DNA of 64,000 bases from Chrysomallon squamiferum (lineage: Eukaryota; Animalia; Mollusca), in NCBI GenBank assembly GCA_012295275.1, contig CM022666.1, positions 15,562,001 through 15,626,000 of the forward strand. Direction: 5' to 3'. This document shows, in pieces, positions 46,351 through 61,346 of this stretch. The notes under the pieces are model-generated. The model saw nothing but the letters and a program-made list of their open reading frames with translations, made no database searches and was not told where the DNA came from. The translations under genes were made by a program, and so were the position numbers. How positions within the stretch are numbered: position 1 is the stretch's first letter; every line of letters begins with the position of its first letter.

Positions 46351-46445
<95 letters not shown>

Positions 46446-47285
46446 TATATAATTAAAGGAAACAGTGTGGGTATCAGTATCATTTTACGCTAATCATTGA
46501 CAACAATACAGGAAAATATTATATATTACAACCTAAAATATCGCTCTACTCATTTCCTATACCACTATCTACATATATTCTGCACGCCTCCTACAGTATC
46601 GCCCATACTTAAACCAAAACAATATATTCCACACCACTTAATAATCATAATTGTCTCAAAAGCACTTTTCCTTCTTCGACGTCATAACTCGACAGTCTGT
46701 GGCGTGAACGTAGCAACCCGTTTTCCCGCCAATCCCGCCGTTTCGAGTTCTGCACGCAACCCACACGTCACCACTCGTAAGTGATTAGACCGCCATTAGC
46801 CCGTTGTTTAAACACTTCTCTTTACGTTATTAATATCACGTCTGTTTTCACACTGGGCTCAGTCGTTATGATTAGTATGCAAGGCTAGATTCAAGTGTTA
46901 CGGAGTCTGAGGACCAGAGAAGCCGACAAACAAACAGAAAAAAAAAAAAAAAAACAAAAACAACAAAAACAACCCGAAAACAATAACAAATAAAAATAAT
47001 GTAAATACTGGATTGAAAAAGAACGCGAAACGAGATAGATTACGTGCGTTTTTTTTTTTCGAAACAACATCAAGTTAAATTTATTTCTATTTTGATTTCA
47101 TTTTTATCTACTCTGTTGCAGTTTTTGGTGTTATTTATTCTGGTTTTATTTTGTTTTTATTTCCTTTTATGTTGTTTTATTAAAATTTGCCCCGAACTGG
47201 AGGAGGAAAAAGGAAAGTAAATATTTTTAGAACCAGCATTAAATTTGAAACAACTCATTCACATACACTGTGTCCTTGTGTTTTT

Positions 47286-47353
<68 letters not shown>

Positions 47354-47409
47354 TATAATTATAATTATAATAATGTTGACAATAGTAATAATAATAATAA
47401 CCTTGACAG

Positions 47410-47456
<47 letters not shown>

Positions 47457-47460
47457 ATAC

Positions 47461-47521
<61 letters not shown>

Positions 47522-47698
47522 GCAACAGCGACTACATTAACAGAAGTGTACTAACAATGACAACAACATTAGTGGAAATACTTGTAATAAAATAACGTCA
47601 ACAGTGTCAATACAAATTCAAGGAATGAAATAACAGCCACAACAACATTGATTGTTTAAATTAACAACAACGACTGCAACAACACTAACAGTCTTGCA

Positions 47699-47772
<74 letters not shown>

Positions 47773-48050
47773 TAACTACATACAGAGACAGTTATCTATG
47801 TGTGTGCATAGACAAACATACGTACACACATAGTGTTTGTATATCTGTGTATATGCATGTATGTGTGTGTGTATGTGTGTGTGTATATGTGTGTGTATGT
47901 GTTGATACAATTATCGTTAATAATTCTCTAATCATTATATGGAGCAACATGTTACACGTGTGCCCAACTACTACAACAGCTGTAGTGGTACCTCGCTGCT
48001 GTTGCCGTCTTTCCTGAAATCTCTCATTAATCTGTCGTCAGACATGACAG

Positions 48051-48066
48051 CCGGTAGATGGCGCTG
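48051..48066 (+). promoter_or_regulatory. CTCF-like motif
   Basis: CCGGTAGATGGCGCTG matches the core CCRSYAGRKGGCRS at all positions. Confidence 0.5.
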
Positions 48067-48344
48067 TGATTTTTAATGCTGCTTTAAAGACACCGAATTA
48101 GTTTTAATTTTCCGCAAAATACTGAAGCTCTGTTTACTGTTATAACTGCTACTGCTACTGTTGCTGCTGCTGCTACTACTAATACTACTACTACTACTAC
48201 TGCTAGTACTACTACTACTACTAATATATGTGATGACTGGAGATACGCTATAAGTCGAAAAACAAATTTTCATTTATGTTTCATTACCGGTCATACAGAT
48301 ATCTTGCATATATGTATGTATGTATGCTTTTGTGTGTGTGTGTA

Positions 48345-48387
<43 letters not shown>

Positions 48388-48895
48388 GTTCGCGCGCCTA
48401 CGTGCGTTTGTGCGTGTGTGTTTGTGTGTACTAAATCATCCAAAAACTCTGTTGAAGGTAAAAATAAATAAAAAATGACGGAAAAAACAATTAAAAAACC
48501 CCATTAAAACAAAACAAATTTAATTAAAATTTCAGAATTTCGGAATTAAGGGATCCTTAACCTATATATAACCACACATACACAGACACACACAGACACA
48601 AACATACAGAGATACACACCGACATACAGTTATTGTGTTTGTCTATATGTGTGTTCCGTTTTAATGTGTGGTATAATAATCTTTATGTACACATTTTTTG
48701 TTTTCTGTTGTTGTTTGTTTTTATCTCTCTCGCCTTTTCTTATTTCTTCTGAGTACGTGAAAACTTGCGGGTTTCTCTTTTAACAGGTTGTGCGAGAGAA
48801 ACATGCCAAAATAATTTACGGTGAACCGCAGATAGAAAAAAAAAAAAAAAAGAACATTTATTTATCATTCTATCTTTTTTTTTCATTATACACGG

Positions 48896-48926
<31 letters not shown>

Positions 48927-50389
48927 AAAGGGGGCAATATATTATACCATTTGAAAGGTGGTATATCTGTACAGTTTTGTTTATTTATTTTTTATTTATA
49001 TTTTATGTTTTATTTCAGCGTTTTTTAATGGAGGTATCACTTGTTTCAAAGGTATTGTGTGCGCTACCTTAATGCGGACACCTGGGAAGACGTCTATCAG
49101 CCGCTGGCCCAGAAAAACGTCAACCAGCCTTTTCAAGCTTTAAAGGATTGAAGATTTTTTTCAAAGGAACACTGCTCGGCGGGGGGTCGCGGGCTAGAGT
49201 TACCCCCACACCTGTGTCTGAACAGTGTCCGATTCCGACCCACCATTTTACAGTGGGCTCCATTCATCATCATAAAACGTCTACATTTCTGGTATAAACA
49301 TGGCGAGAGCGCGCCTCCTCTCGGAACCACTCATCATAGGCAAGAGAAATCTTTGAAGATCCGCGTTTTATACGCGCCCGCGAACAATGTCACAACGGAT
49401 TAGGGTGATCGGTCGGAGACAGGTAGGATGGTGTTTCCTCGTAGTATCAGTTGCCTGGTGTTAGGGTACTGTGCTGTTTTCGAGTGCGCAGGCGCATACG
49501 CGTACCCCCGGGTACGTCGTTTTAGGTTTTTACAAATTGCGTTGTTGTTGTAAAAAAAAAAAAAAAGTTGTTTAATTTGCGTGATTAATTTTGTCACTTC
49601 GTAAGGTTATGGCTGTCACCTGTTTTAGTAGTTTGACGATTTTCGATATAAAGTAAGAAGAAAAAAAAAAAACGAAAATGTGGTTCAGTGTTTTCTTATA
49701 TTCTCTTACAGAACAAATGAACACGACAAATAAAATAATTTTAAATGAAAAAAAACAAAAAACTGTGAGACCAATCAATAACAACAACAACAATAGTAGT
49801 AGTAGTAATAGTTCGTCCAATTTTTCATCACAGGTGTATTCTTGAGAAAAAAATAAAATAATAAAAACGAAAGAAAGAAAGAAAGAGATTAGGGAAAAAT
49901 AAAAACAGAAAACAAAAGAACAAAAATCAGCTCCCAAGATAAAACAAAATAATAATAATAATAATAAATTAAAAAAAATACTAATAAAAAGAGAGAACGA
50001 AAGAAAAAAAAAAAAAAAAAAAAGAAAAGAAAAAAGCCCACGTTAGTAATTGTAAACCCAAGCACAAATATCCGTTACTCGTAAACCGCAGCTTGTGACA
50101 AGTGGCTGTGACAAATTTACAGACGTAGATGATCCAAATTGTCTCCATTACTAGAATTCCACCTCGAGCATTCATTGTGAGACGGGTGTAGGTATCTATT
50201 GCTCGCTACCCGTTTAATGAGTCGACTGCCTATCCCAGGGTGCGTCTGTCGTTACGGAAACACAATCAGCAGTCGGGGGGGGGGGCAAATCTTTTTGAGT
50301 TCGGACGTCAACGAAAAAGCGAAGCAAGACCTTCGTCCTTGAATGCGTATTTGATCTAACTTTTTAAACAGTCGTTATATTACGAATCC

Positions 50390-51420
50390 GAGCTAATTTC
50401 AAGTGATATCATTAAGTGTGTGTTACAGCAAGTTCTGAATGAGTTAGTTTTCTACGTCTAGTCTCTGAACGTATGCTAGAGTTATTTTTAGACAAGTGTG
50501 TATTTCAGTCTCACTTTTATATTTATCGTATATTTAAGATAATTTTAAATGTCTCAGTACTGATCGTATGTTTCAGTTATCTTTAGATAATTGTGTAGTT
50601 GAGTCAGTTTTCACTTCTCCTCGTCATTTTAATGTGTATTTAAGCAATTTTGAATGTCTCGTATATTTAAATTATTGTTAAATGTCTCATATTTGAGTTA
50701 CTGTATGACTCGCTCTAGTGTTTGTGTGTGAGTTAATTTTAAATAATGTTATTAAATCTACATTTTAGATAATTTAAATATATTTTATATTTGAGTTAAT
50801 TAAAAATGTAAAGCATTTCGTTAAGAGCGGGTTTGAATTAATTTTAATATTTCGTATAGTTTGGGTTAATGTACAATATCTCGTATACATGAATTAATTC
50901 TAAATGTGTTGCCTTTGTACTATCGTTATCTGAATATTGTTACTAAATGTGAATTTGAGTTTTTTTCAATGTCTGGTGTATTATAATTAATTTTTAATGT
51001 TTCACTTATTTGAGTTAATTTTAAATTCCTCAGATATCAGTATTATTTTTAAATATTTCGTATATCCTGACTCAGTTTTAAATTTCTCGAATACTTGAGT
51101 TAAATATGTTCTCTTCGTACATTTATATTTCAGTTAAATTTAACTATTATCATTAAATATGAATTTGAGTTATCTGTAAATGTCTCATATATCTGAATTA
51201 ATGTTAAATATCTCCAGTATCTGATTTATAAATAAACGTGTATTTCATTAAATTTGCAATGTTTCGAGTATCTGAATAAATTTTAAATGTCTCGCATTCT
51301 CGAACGTGTTAATTTGAGTTAATATTTGACTTAACTTTAAATTTACTTTTTTATATATATTATTCAATAAATAAAATCTAAATTAATATTAGAATTAATT
51401 TTAAATGTGTTGTCCTTAAT
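50390..51420. repeat. Old degenerate AT-rich satellite, unit about 30 bp
   Basis: Recurrent gagttaattttaaatgtctcgtatattt-like units. Confidence 0.6.
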
Positions 51421-51647
51421 TTCGTATTTCACCTAATTATGGCTTTTTATGCTGCTGTTGAAATCTATGTCTGTTTGCTGTTTCATTATCTATAAAGAAA
51501 GTACAGTTTAGACTGAAGAAATCAGTTTAAGTTTCGGTGAAGAAAATTTCATTTGCAGAAAACTTTTATGGGTGTTAGCCTTCTTCATTAACAAAAATTA
51601 CTTCGTAACTAATTTACTTCTCTTTTTTTTTTTTACAAATCTTTTCC

Positions 51648-51741
<94 letters not shown>

Positions 51742-51873
51742 TTTCATTATTTATTTATTTATTTTATCATTATTATTTTTTTTTTATACTTTCTTTCTTT
51801 TTTGGCTTTAACTTTTTCTGCCTGTACAATGTTTTAACATGTATAATGAATATTTCTACCACTACTACTACTT

Positions 51874-51909
<36 letters not shown>

Positions 51910-53025
51910 TAACTACTACTTCTATTGCTACAACTACTACTACTAACAACTACCACTGCTACTATTACGACTACAAGTGCTACAACGACTAAGACTTATT
52001 ACAAGACTTACTGTTAATACAACTTACAACTAATAGTACTGATACTGCCACTCTTACTACTATACTAGTACTACTTAGATAATTACTTTTATTTTTACTC
52101 TTACCATAAGCAGCAATGTAACTACTACTCCTACTATCACTATTACTACTACCACAAGCACTAATACGGTTACTGCTATTATCACTACCACTTCTTCTGC
52201 ATCTACTATTTTCAAGTTCTATTCATTATTTCTGCTAGCACAAGAGCCAACACCATTACCTCTGTACGTGTAACAAACATCAGCATCATCACCAACGTCA
52301 TCACTACTTCTATCACAATACTACAACACCGGACCATCGGTCGAGTACTACACCTACGTTTTGTTCAGCTAAGTATAAAATATCATCTCACTTAAACAAT
52401 TTGTTTTTCGTTCTGCTTCTTAATAACCAAGAAATTACTCGTTAATCTGGAGTGGATAACTCTAACAAACAGATTTGTGTCACTAAACACTGTGTTCTTC
52501 CTTAAAAATTGAATATCCAGCTTTATCGCGCCTTGGTTTACCTTTGTCAGCGGACATTGTGGAGGGTGCTGGTCGTCTTTGTCACCTGTCTTACCTTCAG
52601 CACTGTGTGATTATTATTAATCCTATCTCGTGCTCGATCATCTTGCGCTTGTCGATCGCAAAAAGATTAGGTGACGTGTTTTGTATAGCAAGCTAAAACT
52701 GATTTCATATCGCAATTTGATATTATTATTTTTTTTTTATCTCGTTCACGGTATGGGTGTTGTGAACTGTTAAAACGTATCAGCAATTCAGTGACTCGAG
52801 TATTTATATAGTTTTTTTTTTCCCATTGTTTCCTCGCGTGAGATGTGACTTGAAAATTAACAAGAGATGTCGTAAAAACGCAGTGTTAGAATTTTTGATA
52901 TCGCGATGATGTCTTGTGAATTGTAAACAGTTTTAGTATAGATTACTATCATCTCTACCCTGAAAAAACTAGTCTAGTAATGGCTGCGCTTTTAATGCGT
53001 ATATATCGCTGATGAATGCATTTAT

Positions 53026-53084
<59 letters not shown>

Positions 53085-53178
53085 GAGAAGAAGAAGAAGA
53101 AGAAAAAGAAGAACAATAAAAAATAATAACAATAACAATAATATTCTTGATAATGATGATAATGATAAGAGTAATGAC

Positions 53179-53225
<47 letters not shown>

Positions 53226-53269
53226 TAGTAATAGTAGTAATAATAATAATAAATATAATAATAATAATA

Positions 53270-53340
<71 letters not shown>

Positions 53341-54688
53341 AATAATAATAATAATAATAATAATAACTAGGACACGGGTATGGAGCAAGAAAAATGAAGA
53401 CGGAAAACAATTTTATAATTTGAAAAAAGAAAAAAAAGAAATTAAAATAAAATAAAATAAACAGAAATAAAAACCGAGGTAGAAGAAAATGTTACGTAAT
53501 TACACACACACCTGTCTGTTCTCACGACTGCGAGGCTATAAAACTGAAATCGGGGCTGGCTTTTTTTTTCAAAAAGTGGAATACCTTTATGCGTGTACAG
53601 TTAATTTCATACTCGATTCTCTCGGTCCAGCATATTATCCACGTGTTTTTTTTTTTTTTATTGATGCGGGATTAAAGAAGCAGAAACCTTTTCTGACAGA
53701 AACCGCGGCGCGAAATGCTCGTCCTCCGTCTGAAAGGACCCGCCACGTGACCCTGAAATCTGGCGATAATCGCGCCGATATTAATGAACCAATTATCAGA
53801 GCAAGGAACAAATATCTGGCACACCGTCAGAAACGAACGAAACGGACAAAAAACATCACGTAAATTGCCGATTATCTTAACCGGAAGCGGAAGACCAGCG
53901 TCGACGTTTCTCTCGTCTTTGATGACGGCGTCTGCGAGCGGACAGCGACCGCTTTAAAACGATATCAGCAACGCAGATTGCGCCATTTTATGGTCATTAA
54001 CTTGGCGTTCGTTTTGCATCAAGTGTCGAAAATGTTTGATCGATGCCCGAACAAGCCTAGTTGAGCAGACAAAACTACCCGATAATTACAACAATTTTGC
54101 GACTGTGTGTGTGATTTTTTTTTTTTTTTTTTTTACCTCTCCTAACACGAATGGAGAACTGATATTGCTTCTGATATACGACCAAACACGGCAATTTTCA
54201 CCGGCTCTTGCACGCACAAAGAAAAAACTTGCTCGAAGACAAACACGGTGAATTTCACACACACAAAAAAAAAAAAGTGAGGAAATTTACATTATTCTCC
54301 GATAAAATGACTGGCTGCAGAGCCAAGATATTTTCAAGACACATTCGTCTTGTTAATGAAAGAAGCGTAAAGAATTTTCCAAAACATGACATGTTGATTC
54401 AACGACCGAGCGTTGAATTTCAAATGGTACTCAGTAAAAATAATTTTATATTTATATTGTCAGTATGTTTAATTATTATGTTAATGAAAAACAGTATTTT
54501 GGATAAATAAAACATGAATGTTATAAAAACATGCACAATGAGTTTAATGGATGAACCCTCAATTATAAAATCTGTACGTGGTAATTTACAACAACAGCAG
54601 CAGCAACAACAACAATAATAATAATAACAACAACAACTGAAAAAACCCACAATAAATAACAACAATAATAATCTTGATAATAATGATA

Positions 54689-54825
<137 letters not shown>

Positions 54826-55318
54826 TAAATAAATAAATAAATAAAATGATATACAGGATGGTATCAGTAAACGCAAACATACAATACGAGTTTGTAAGAC
54901 AAACATTGTAAATCAGGAGCTGTTCTTAAATTACGACATTAAAATTAAATTTATATCATGTAAAATAAAAACATGATACTAGTCTCCGGTTAACCTATTC
55001 AGACGTTTTATGTTCATCTTATTGTGTTCATAGTTCAGTGATTTGCCACGATTAATTCATGTATTTAATGAAGTTAGTATACTAACTAGAACTGCATTAT
55101 AATAATTTTTAAAAATATATTCCACAAACAAAAGAAAATAAGTTTTCAGAATTCTTGTCCATACGTCTAAAGAGCTACATCCGTCTTCTACGTTTATCTA
55201 CGACTAACAGAGGCATGTGACGTCATTTGATTATGACGTTATTTGCTATAATCACTTTTGATATTTACGTTTTAATCACGTTATCTCATTTAAACAGACA
55301 GACACCTTTCATTAGGCC

Positions 55319-55349
<31 letters not shown>

Positions 55350-55469
55350 GAAAAACAACAAAAAAACAAACAACGAATCAAAGAATTTCTGCTCGACAGA
55401 CTTCTCTGGAACTTCAGTTTTAATAATTGTATTTTATTTACAGTTTAAAAACAAATTTCATGACGGAAC

Positions 55470-55517
<48 letters not shown>

Positions 55518-56161
55518 TTATATTTATTTATTTTCCATAAAATTATTTTTAATTATTTCAAAATTCACTAATGAAACCGGGATGTTAAACCGATTTAATT
55601 TTTTTTTTTTTTTTGTTGTCTTGTCAAAAGCGTATATAATATTTTGTGTTTATTTTTATATATTAGTATTTGTTAGTTTTATATTTATGTTTTTACATAT
55701 CCGTGCTAAGGAAATTTATTTTGTGACGTCAGTATTTAATGTGATAAACTATACTCTAGTTATTGTTTTTATTATTCCCAGCTGAAATGCGTAAGAACGA
55801 ATTTTAATTTCGTCATTAAAAGAAATAAAATACAGATTCGCACAATGATTAGTAATTATTATTATTATTAATGTACACACACACACACACACACAAAAAA
55901 GGAGAAGATGGAGGAAAGAAAAAGAAAAAGAAAAAAAAATCCTCCCCAAAAGAAAAAGTTATAAGATATAAATAAGATAATAAAATGATTCAAAATAAAA
56001 TAAAATTAAAATAAAATAAAATACTTTAACAATGAAAATAAATTCTATAAAAATAAAACAAAATAAAACAATGAAAATATATTCTATAAAAATAAAATTA
56101 AATGCATGTAAAATTTAAAGAAAAATAGAATAATTAAAAACAGAAAATTAATAATAGTTGC

Positions 56162-56214
<53 letters not shown>

Positions 56215-56269
56215 TAACAATAACAATAATAATAATAATAATAATCATAATGATGATCATGATAACAAC

Positions 56270-56350
<81 letters not shown>

Positions 56351-58895
56351 ACAAACAAACAAACGAACAAACAATACGGACAGACAAACACGAAAACTGA
56401 CTGAGTGTATTTCGCATGCATCGGGAAATTCGCGTTTAAACGTCTCCGCGTTTTGGGGTATCCATAACCAATACGGTAACAGGAAATCGAAGCGCAGACA
56501 GATGCGCGTTCTCAAGATGTCGTCCTAAAATGTGTGAACGCAGGATTAAAATAAAATGATGCAGCTGCTTACAGTTTTAACAACAGGTAAAACATTCATC
56601 GTGACAGCGCGTTGTTATTGTTTTGCTGTTTTATTTGATGATGGAAAATACCACAGATACGTAAGTTGTTCTTTTCTTCTTCTTTTTTTAAATTTCGCTT
56701 TGATTTCAGACGGAGATTTCTCTCGATGGTTTTGATTGTATTAAAACTATGTTCGTAATAAGAAATTCGTTTCGACCAAGTAAATAACTTCTAAAAATAT
56801 TTATTAAAAAAAAAAAAAAAAAAAAAAATAAAGAAAAAAGAATCTGTATAAATATATATGTGTATGTTCTATTACAGTAAAATAAGTTTTGGGCTATTCT
56901 GGTATACTGAACTGAAAATATACTTTAGCAAGCTATTGTTTATTATATATGGAAACGTTTTGCGAGCATACGGTTTTATACATTTATATATAAAATTATG
57001 AAAACAAATAAGGTGAAGTTACGTCATTATGCGAACGTATTCTGGGACATTCGCGTTTTTTTTACCTCCCTCGGTTATAAATACATAAATATATATATAA
57101 AAGAGAAGTAATAAAAACTCTAACAACAACAACGCAACAACGCAGACGTCAGAGAATAAAATGTATTCTAAACATAGAACAGTCAGAAAACATTTGTAAT
57201 TTTACAACAATATCCAATACCAAAAACAATACATCAGAATTACAAAGTCATAAAAAATATGTATTTTATATAATTATAGAGTATTAGTGGATATTTTCAC
57301 AGTAAACAAATATCGTTATATCTTGTGCATTTTATTTTTGGTCAAGTTAATAGTGTCTTGTGGATAATTTTACGGAATGTGTAAACTTTTTAATGTTTTA
57401 TGAATGATGATTATGGAAAAGGATTTTTAAAAGAGTTGCTGCCTGTATCTAAATATTAATAATAATTTTAACATTTCATAATTTCTGATTTGATAGGGTT
57501 TTCTTATCTAAGAAATCATAAAAATTATTCAGTTGACACAAAAAATCCTCTTACTAAAAATTTTTAAATTTCAAAAAATTTAGTTACAAATTCAGAAGTG
57601 ACCATCACTTTAAAAAAGAAAAAAAGAAGAAAAAGATTTTTTTTTTCAATATCAAAAAAAAATGTAAATATTGTGTAAATATAATTTCTTCAGTTTGTTT
57701 TATACAAAATGTATTAAATATACATAACATAAAAAGCCTGCAAAACACAAAGATTATGCTAACACACAATGTACCAAAACAGATACAAAATTGATTTACT
57801 TGTACACACTCAAACTCCACTGAAATAATTTAATTTAAACCATTAATATAAATTTTACTTTATTCTTTAAATTAATATATAATTTCTGTTTATGTTTCAT
57901 TAGCCATAAACAAATTATTAATTTTTTATATCATAAATATTTTTATATAATTTTGTAAAACATACTTTGACAAATCATTAACCATACATTATTAACTGTT
58001 TTATGTTGCATTAAAGATTACTAAATAATTAAAATATATGAAATATGATTTTATATTTTTTAAATTAATTATTAATTGTTTTATGATATATTATAATTAT
58101 TTAATGAAATTTAGTGTGTGAAATACTTTTACTATTTTGCAAATTAATTATTAACCATTTTATGATTATTAAAAAAACTAAATAATTAGGAGACATTAAA
58201 TATGCTTTTACATTATATTAGCCATAAATTAATTAAAAACAATTAAAAAAAAAAAATTTACATCCATAAATTATTAAAAAATTATGTTATGGGGATATGC
58301 TTTTATATTTAATTTAAGATTAATTAATTATTATCTGTTTTGTTATATATCATATTGTGTTACATACTATTAAATAATTATGACACAGCCAATATACTGG
58401 TACCATTTCATGAATATTTTAGAAATTAACAGCAAGAAATAATATTTGAAACAAACTCTCATAGTGTCTGATAAATCAGTAATTTTAATAGTTGGAACAG
58501 AGAACTGATCAAAAAGTCGTAACTAGGAAGATTTGAACCTGTATTTTCTAACCATTAATCTTATTTTGGCATTGACTGAATTAAAAATATAAAATTTTAA
58601 TTTTAATTTTAATCATTTCTAAATAAAACATGATAAAATGGACAATTTCATTTACAAAAATATATAAAAATTGTTGTTTTACATTTCTTAATAAATCTAA
58701 AGATTTGTTTACCTTAATGTATATTTATTATTATTGTTGTTATTATTATTTTTATTATTATAATTATTACTACTATTATTCTTGGCAGTACCTGTAGCAG
58801 AAAATTCGTTTTTTTATATCATTATTATAATTATTAATAATTATTATACTACTACGACTACTACTACTACTACTACTACTACTACCATTACTTAC

Positions 58896-58929
<34 letters not shown>

Positions 58930-60257
58930 TCTATTACTACTATTATTTCTGCTACTACTGCTATACTACTTTTATTATTATTTCTATTACAATTGTTACT
59001 ACTATTATTTCTGCTACTACTACTACTACTATTATTATTATATTATATTATTAAAATAAAAAAATGCACAAAATCTGAGATCAGTAATGCTAACAGCCAT
59101 TTACAGTTTGGTAAATCTCATTATAAAAATACAAATAAAAATAATTTTTAAAATGCCATTGAAAAAGTTTGGTACTATTCATAAATAATTTAATAAATTT
59201 TACTTATTTCTAAATTACTATTTTATTTCATTCTAGCAACCAGATTTTTTGTTAATTTTGATTATAAACCTCAGCATCATAATACTTTCAATATAATACA
59301 AATAATTTGGAGTTTGGACAAATTGTGATGTTTATTTTCTGTTCACATCACGTTGTGAAATGTAATAATATATGTATTTTTACAAAATATACTAAAATAC
59401 ACTAATTATTAATTTTATCTCTCTGCACTATCTTAGAGCAATTAAATAGAATCATTATTATGTTCCAAAATATTTTAAAATTATTTTAATATTCTGGTGA
59501 AAAAGCAATGTCAGCTTTATCCTGCTCAGCAAAAATGTCAAATGCAGCTTAGCAGAGCCTCACTGCATCCAGCATTCTAACCTTCACAAGATACACTATT
59601 TATATATAGTTATATTAAAGACTTTTTGGTTAAATAAAAATATACATTTATTAAGTGTCCAACAAGTAACAGAAAGAACATGATGGCTACCACCACATAG
59701 AATTACTTTTATACACACATAAAATTACTTTTAATATACACACAATCGTCTTTATCTAACTAGTTTTAAAATCTTAAAAAATAAAATCTGAAGAAATAGT
59801 TTTAGAAATCATAAAATGATTATGCAGTAGAAATAAAGAGTAAAAATATCACAACAAATAATCAGAATAAGAACCTGTCAAGAACTTTCTTTTTTCAGAA
59901 ATAATATTATGATATAATAATACTTTATACAATAATAATGATTATAATTGTGATTATGATGATAATACTAATACCATACAACAATAAAGGATATCGTAAA
60001 AACAATTGTTATTATTATAATTACAATGATTAATGAAGGACATAATCAGTTATTGAAATTATTAAGACACAAAAATATTATGACTAGTCACAAAGAACAC
60101 ACAAATTTTTATTTATAGGCCTTATTACATGAAAATAAATTTCTCTCCACTAACTATAATACAATTCTAAAAAAATACTTTTTAACATCTAACATTTGTC
60201 ATGGCTTCAGATGACTAATTGGGAACTATCTTGAAAGACTATAAAGGAAGTGAAACA

Positions 60258-60470
60258 TTTCCATAGAAACATTATTTTGGTATCTGTTAACTCTTTACTA
60301 AAAATAAAAGTTGAGTATATCTGAGATTGGTTTCCATAGAAACATTATTTTGTATCTGTGAACTCTCTATTAAAAATAAAAGTTGGTATATCTGAGATTG
60401 GTTTCCATTGAAACATTATTTTGGTATCTGTGATCTGTCTGTTCAGAACAGAAGTGAGTATATGTGAGAT
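60258..60470. repeat. About 72-bp tandem repeat, 3 copies
   Basis: tttccatagaaacattattttggtatctgt...gagtatatctgagattgg, starting at 60258, 60331 and 60402. Confidence 0.9.
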
Positions 60471-60705
60471 TATTTAAAATAACCTAATTAAAAACAAGCA
60501 CATTTCAGTTGAGACACAGTAAACATTTGTGAGTGGGGTAGTTAAGGATACCTGTTTGTTAATGAATTCAGGTTCACATATGGGCTGGGTAAACTGCATT
60601 CAGAAAATTCTGACATGAATTTTGTTAAGTAATGTTAAAGTTTCTGTCATTAAAAGCAAGAACCAATTTACAACATGATTTTATCATTCACTTACACACA
60701 CACGT

Positions 60706-60769
<64 letters not shown>

Positions 60770-60843
60770 AGACAGACAGACACACACACACAAAATCCTG
60801 AATAAACTCCTGGAACCTCCCTTTTTAGTTCTGTTTCACAGAC

Positions 60844-61094
60844 TTACATGAAAGTGTTGTTTAGACTGAGTAGAGTCTCACTCATGTTATGCAGCTGTGT
60901 CATATGTGGGCTGTTAGACAAACTGGTGGTGTTGACTGTAACATTGGCAACATGGACCGCAATGTCCCCTTTTAATAAGCCAGGAAATATCATCGTGACT
61001 ACATCATAGACAACGGCAAAACCGAAATACAGTGGTAGCAGAAAGAGAAAATACTTCATCCATGATGGCAGTAGGTAAAGGAATGTTAAGATTC
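60844..61094 (-). CDS. Last visible coding exon of the transporter (final TM helix plus a tail with N-x-S/T motifs)
   Basis: tttatttcag| with exon start at 61094, encoding ...LPSWMKYFLFLLPLYFGFAVVYDVVTMIFPGLLKGDIAVHVANVTVNTTSLSNSPHMTQLHNMSETLLSLNNTFM*. The stop TAA overlaps a possible donor AT|gtaagt. Confidence 0.8.
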
Positions 61095-61346
61095 CTGAAA
61101 TAAATTAAAATTAACAAATAAATAAATAATTATTGTAGTCACAGGAGCCATAACATGTGGTATTTTAAAAATGACACATATTAAATTTTTAATATTATAT
61201 TTTAAAAATTACATTACACACACACAACATAAAAAAAATTAATTTCACACTTTCTTCTTTTTGACATCATGTTAAATAATGTGTCACTTCTGACAGAATG
61301 ATCTGCAAGTGATGTGACTGGTTTTGATGGGTGGGGTCACACTCAC

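Noticed and set aside
58525-58560. B-box-like GGTTCAAATC on the minus strand
   Set aside because: The spacing to a possible A-box is too short, and there is no tRNA fold or SINE body.
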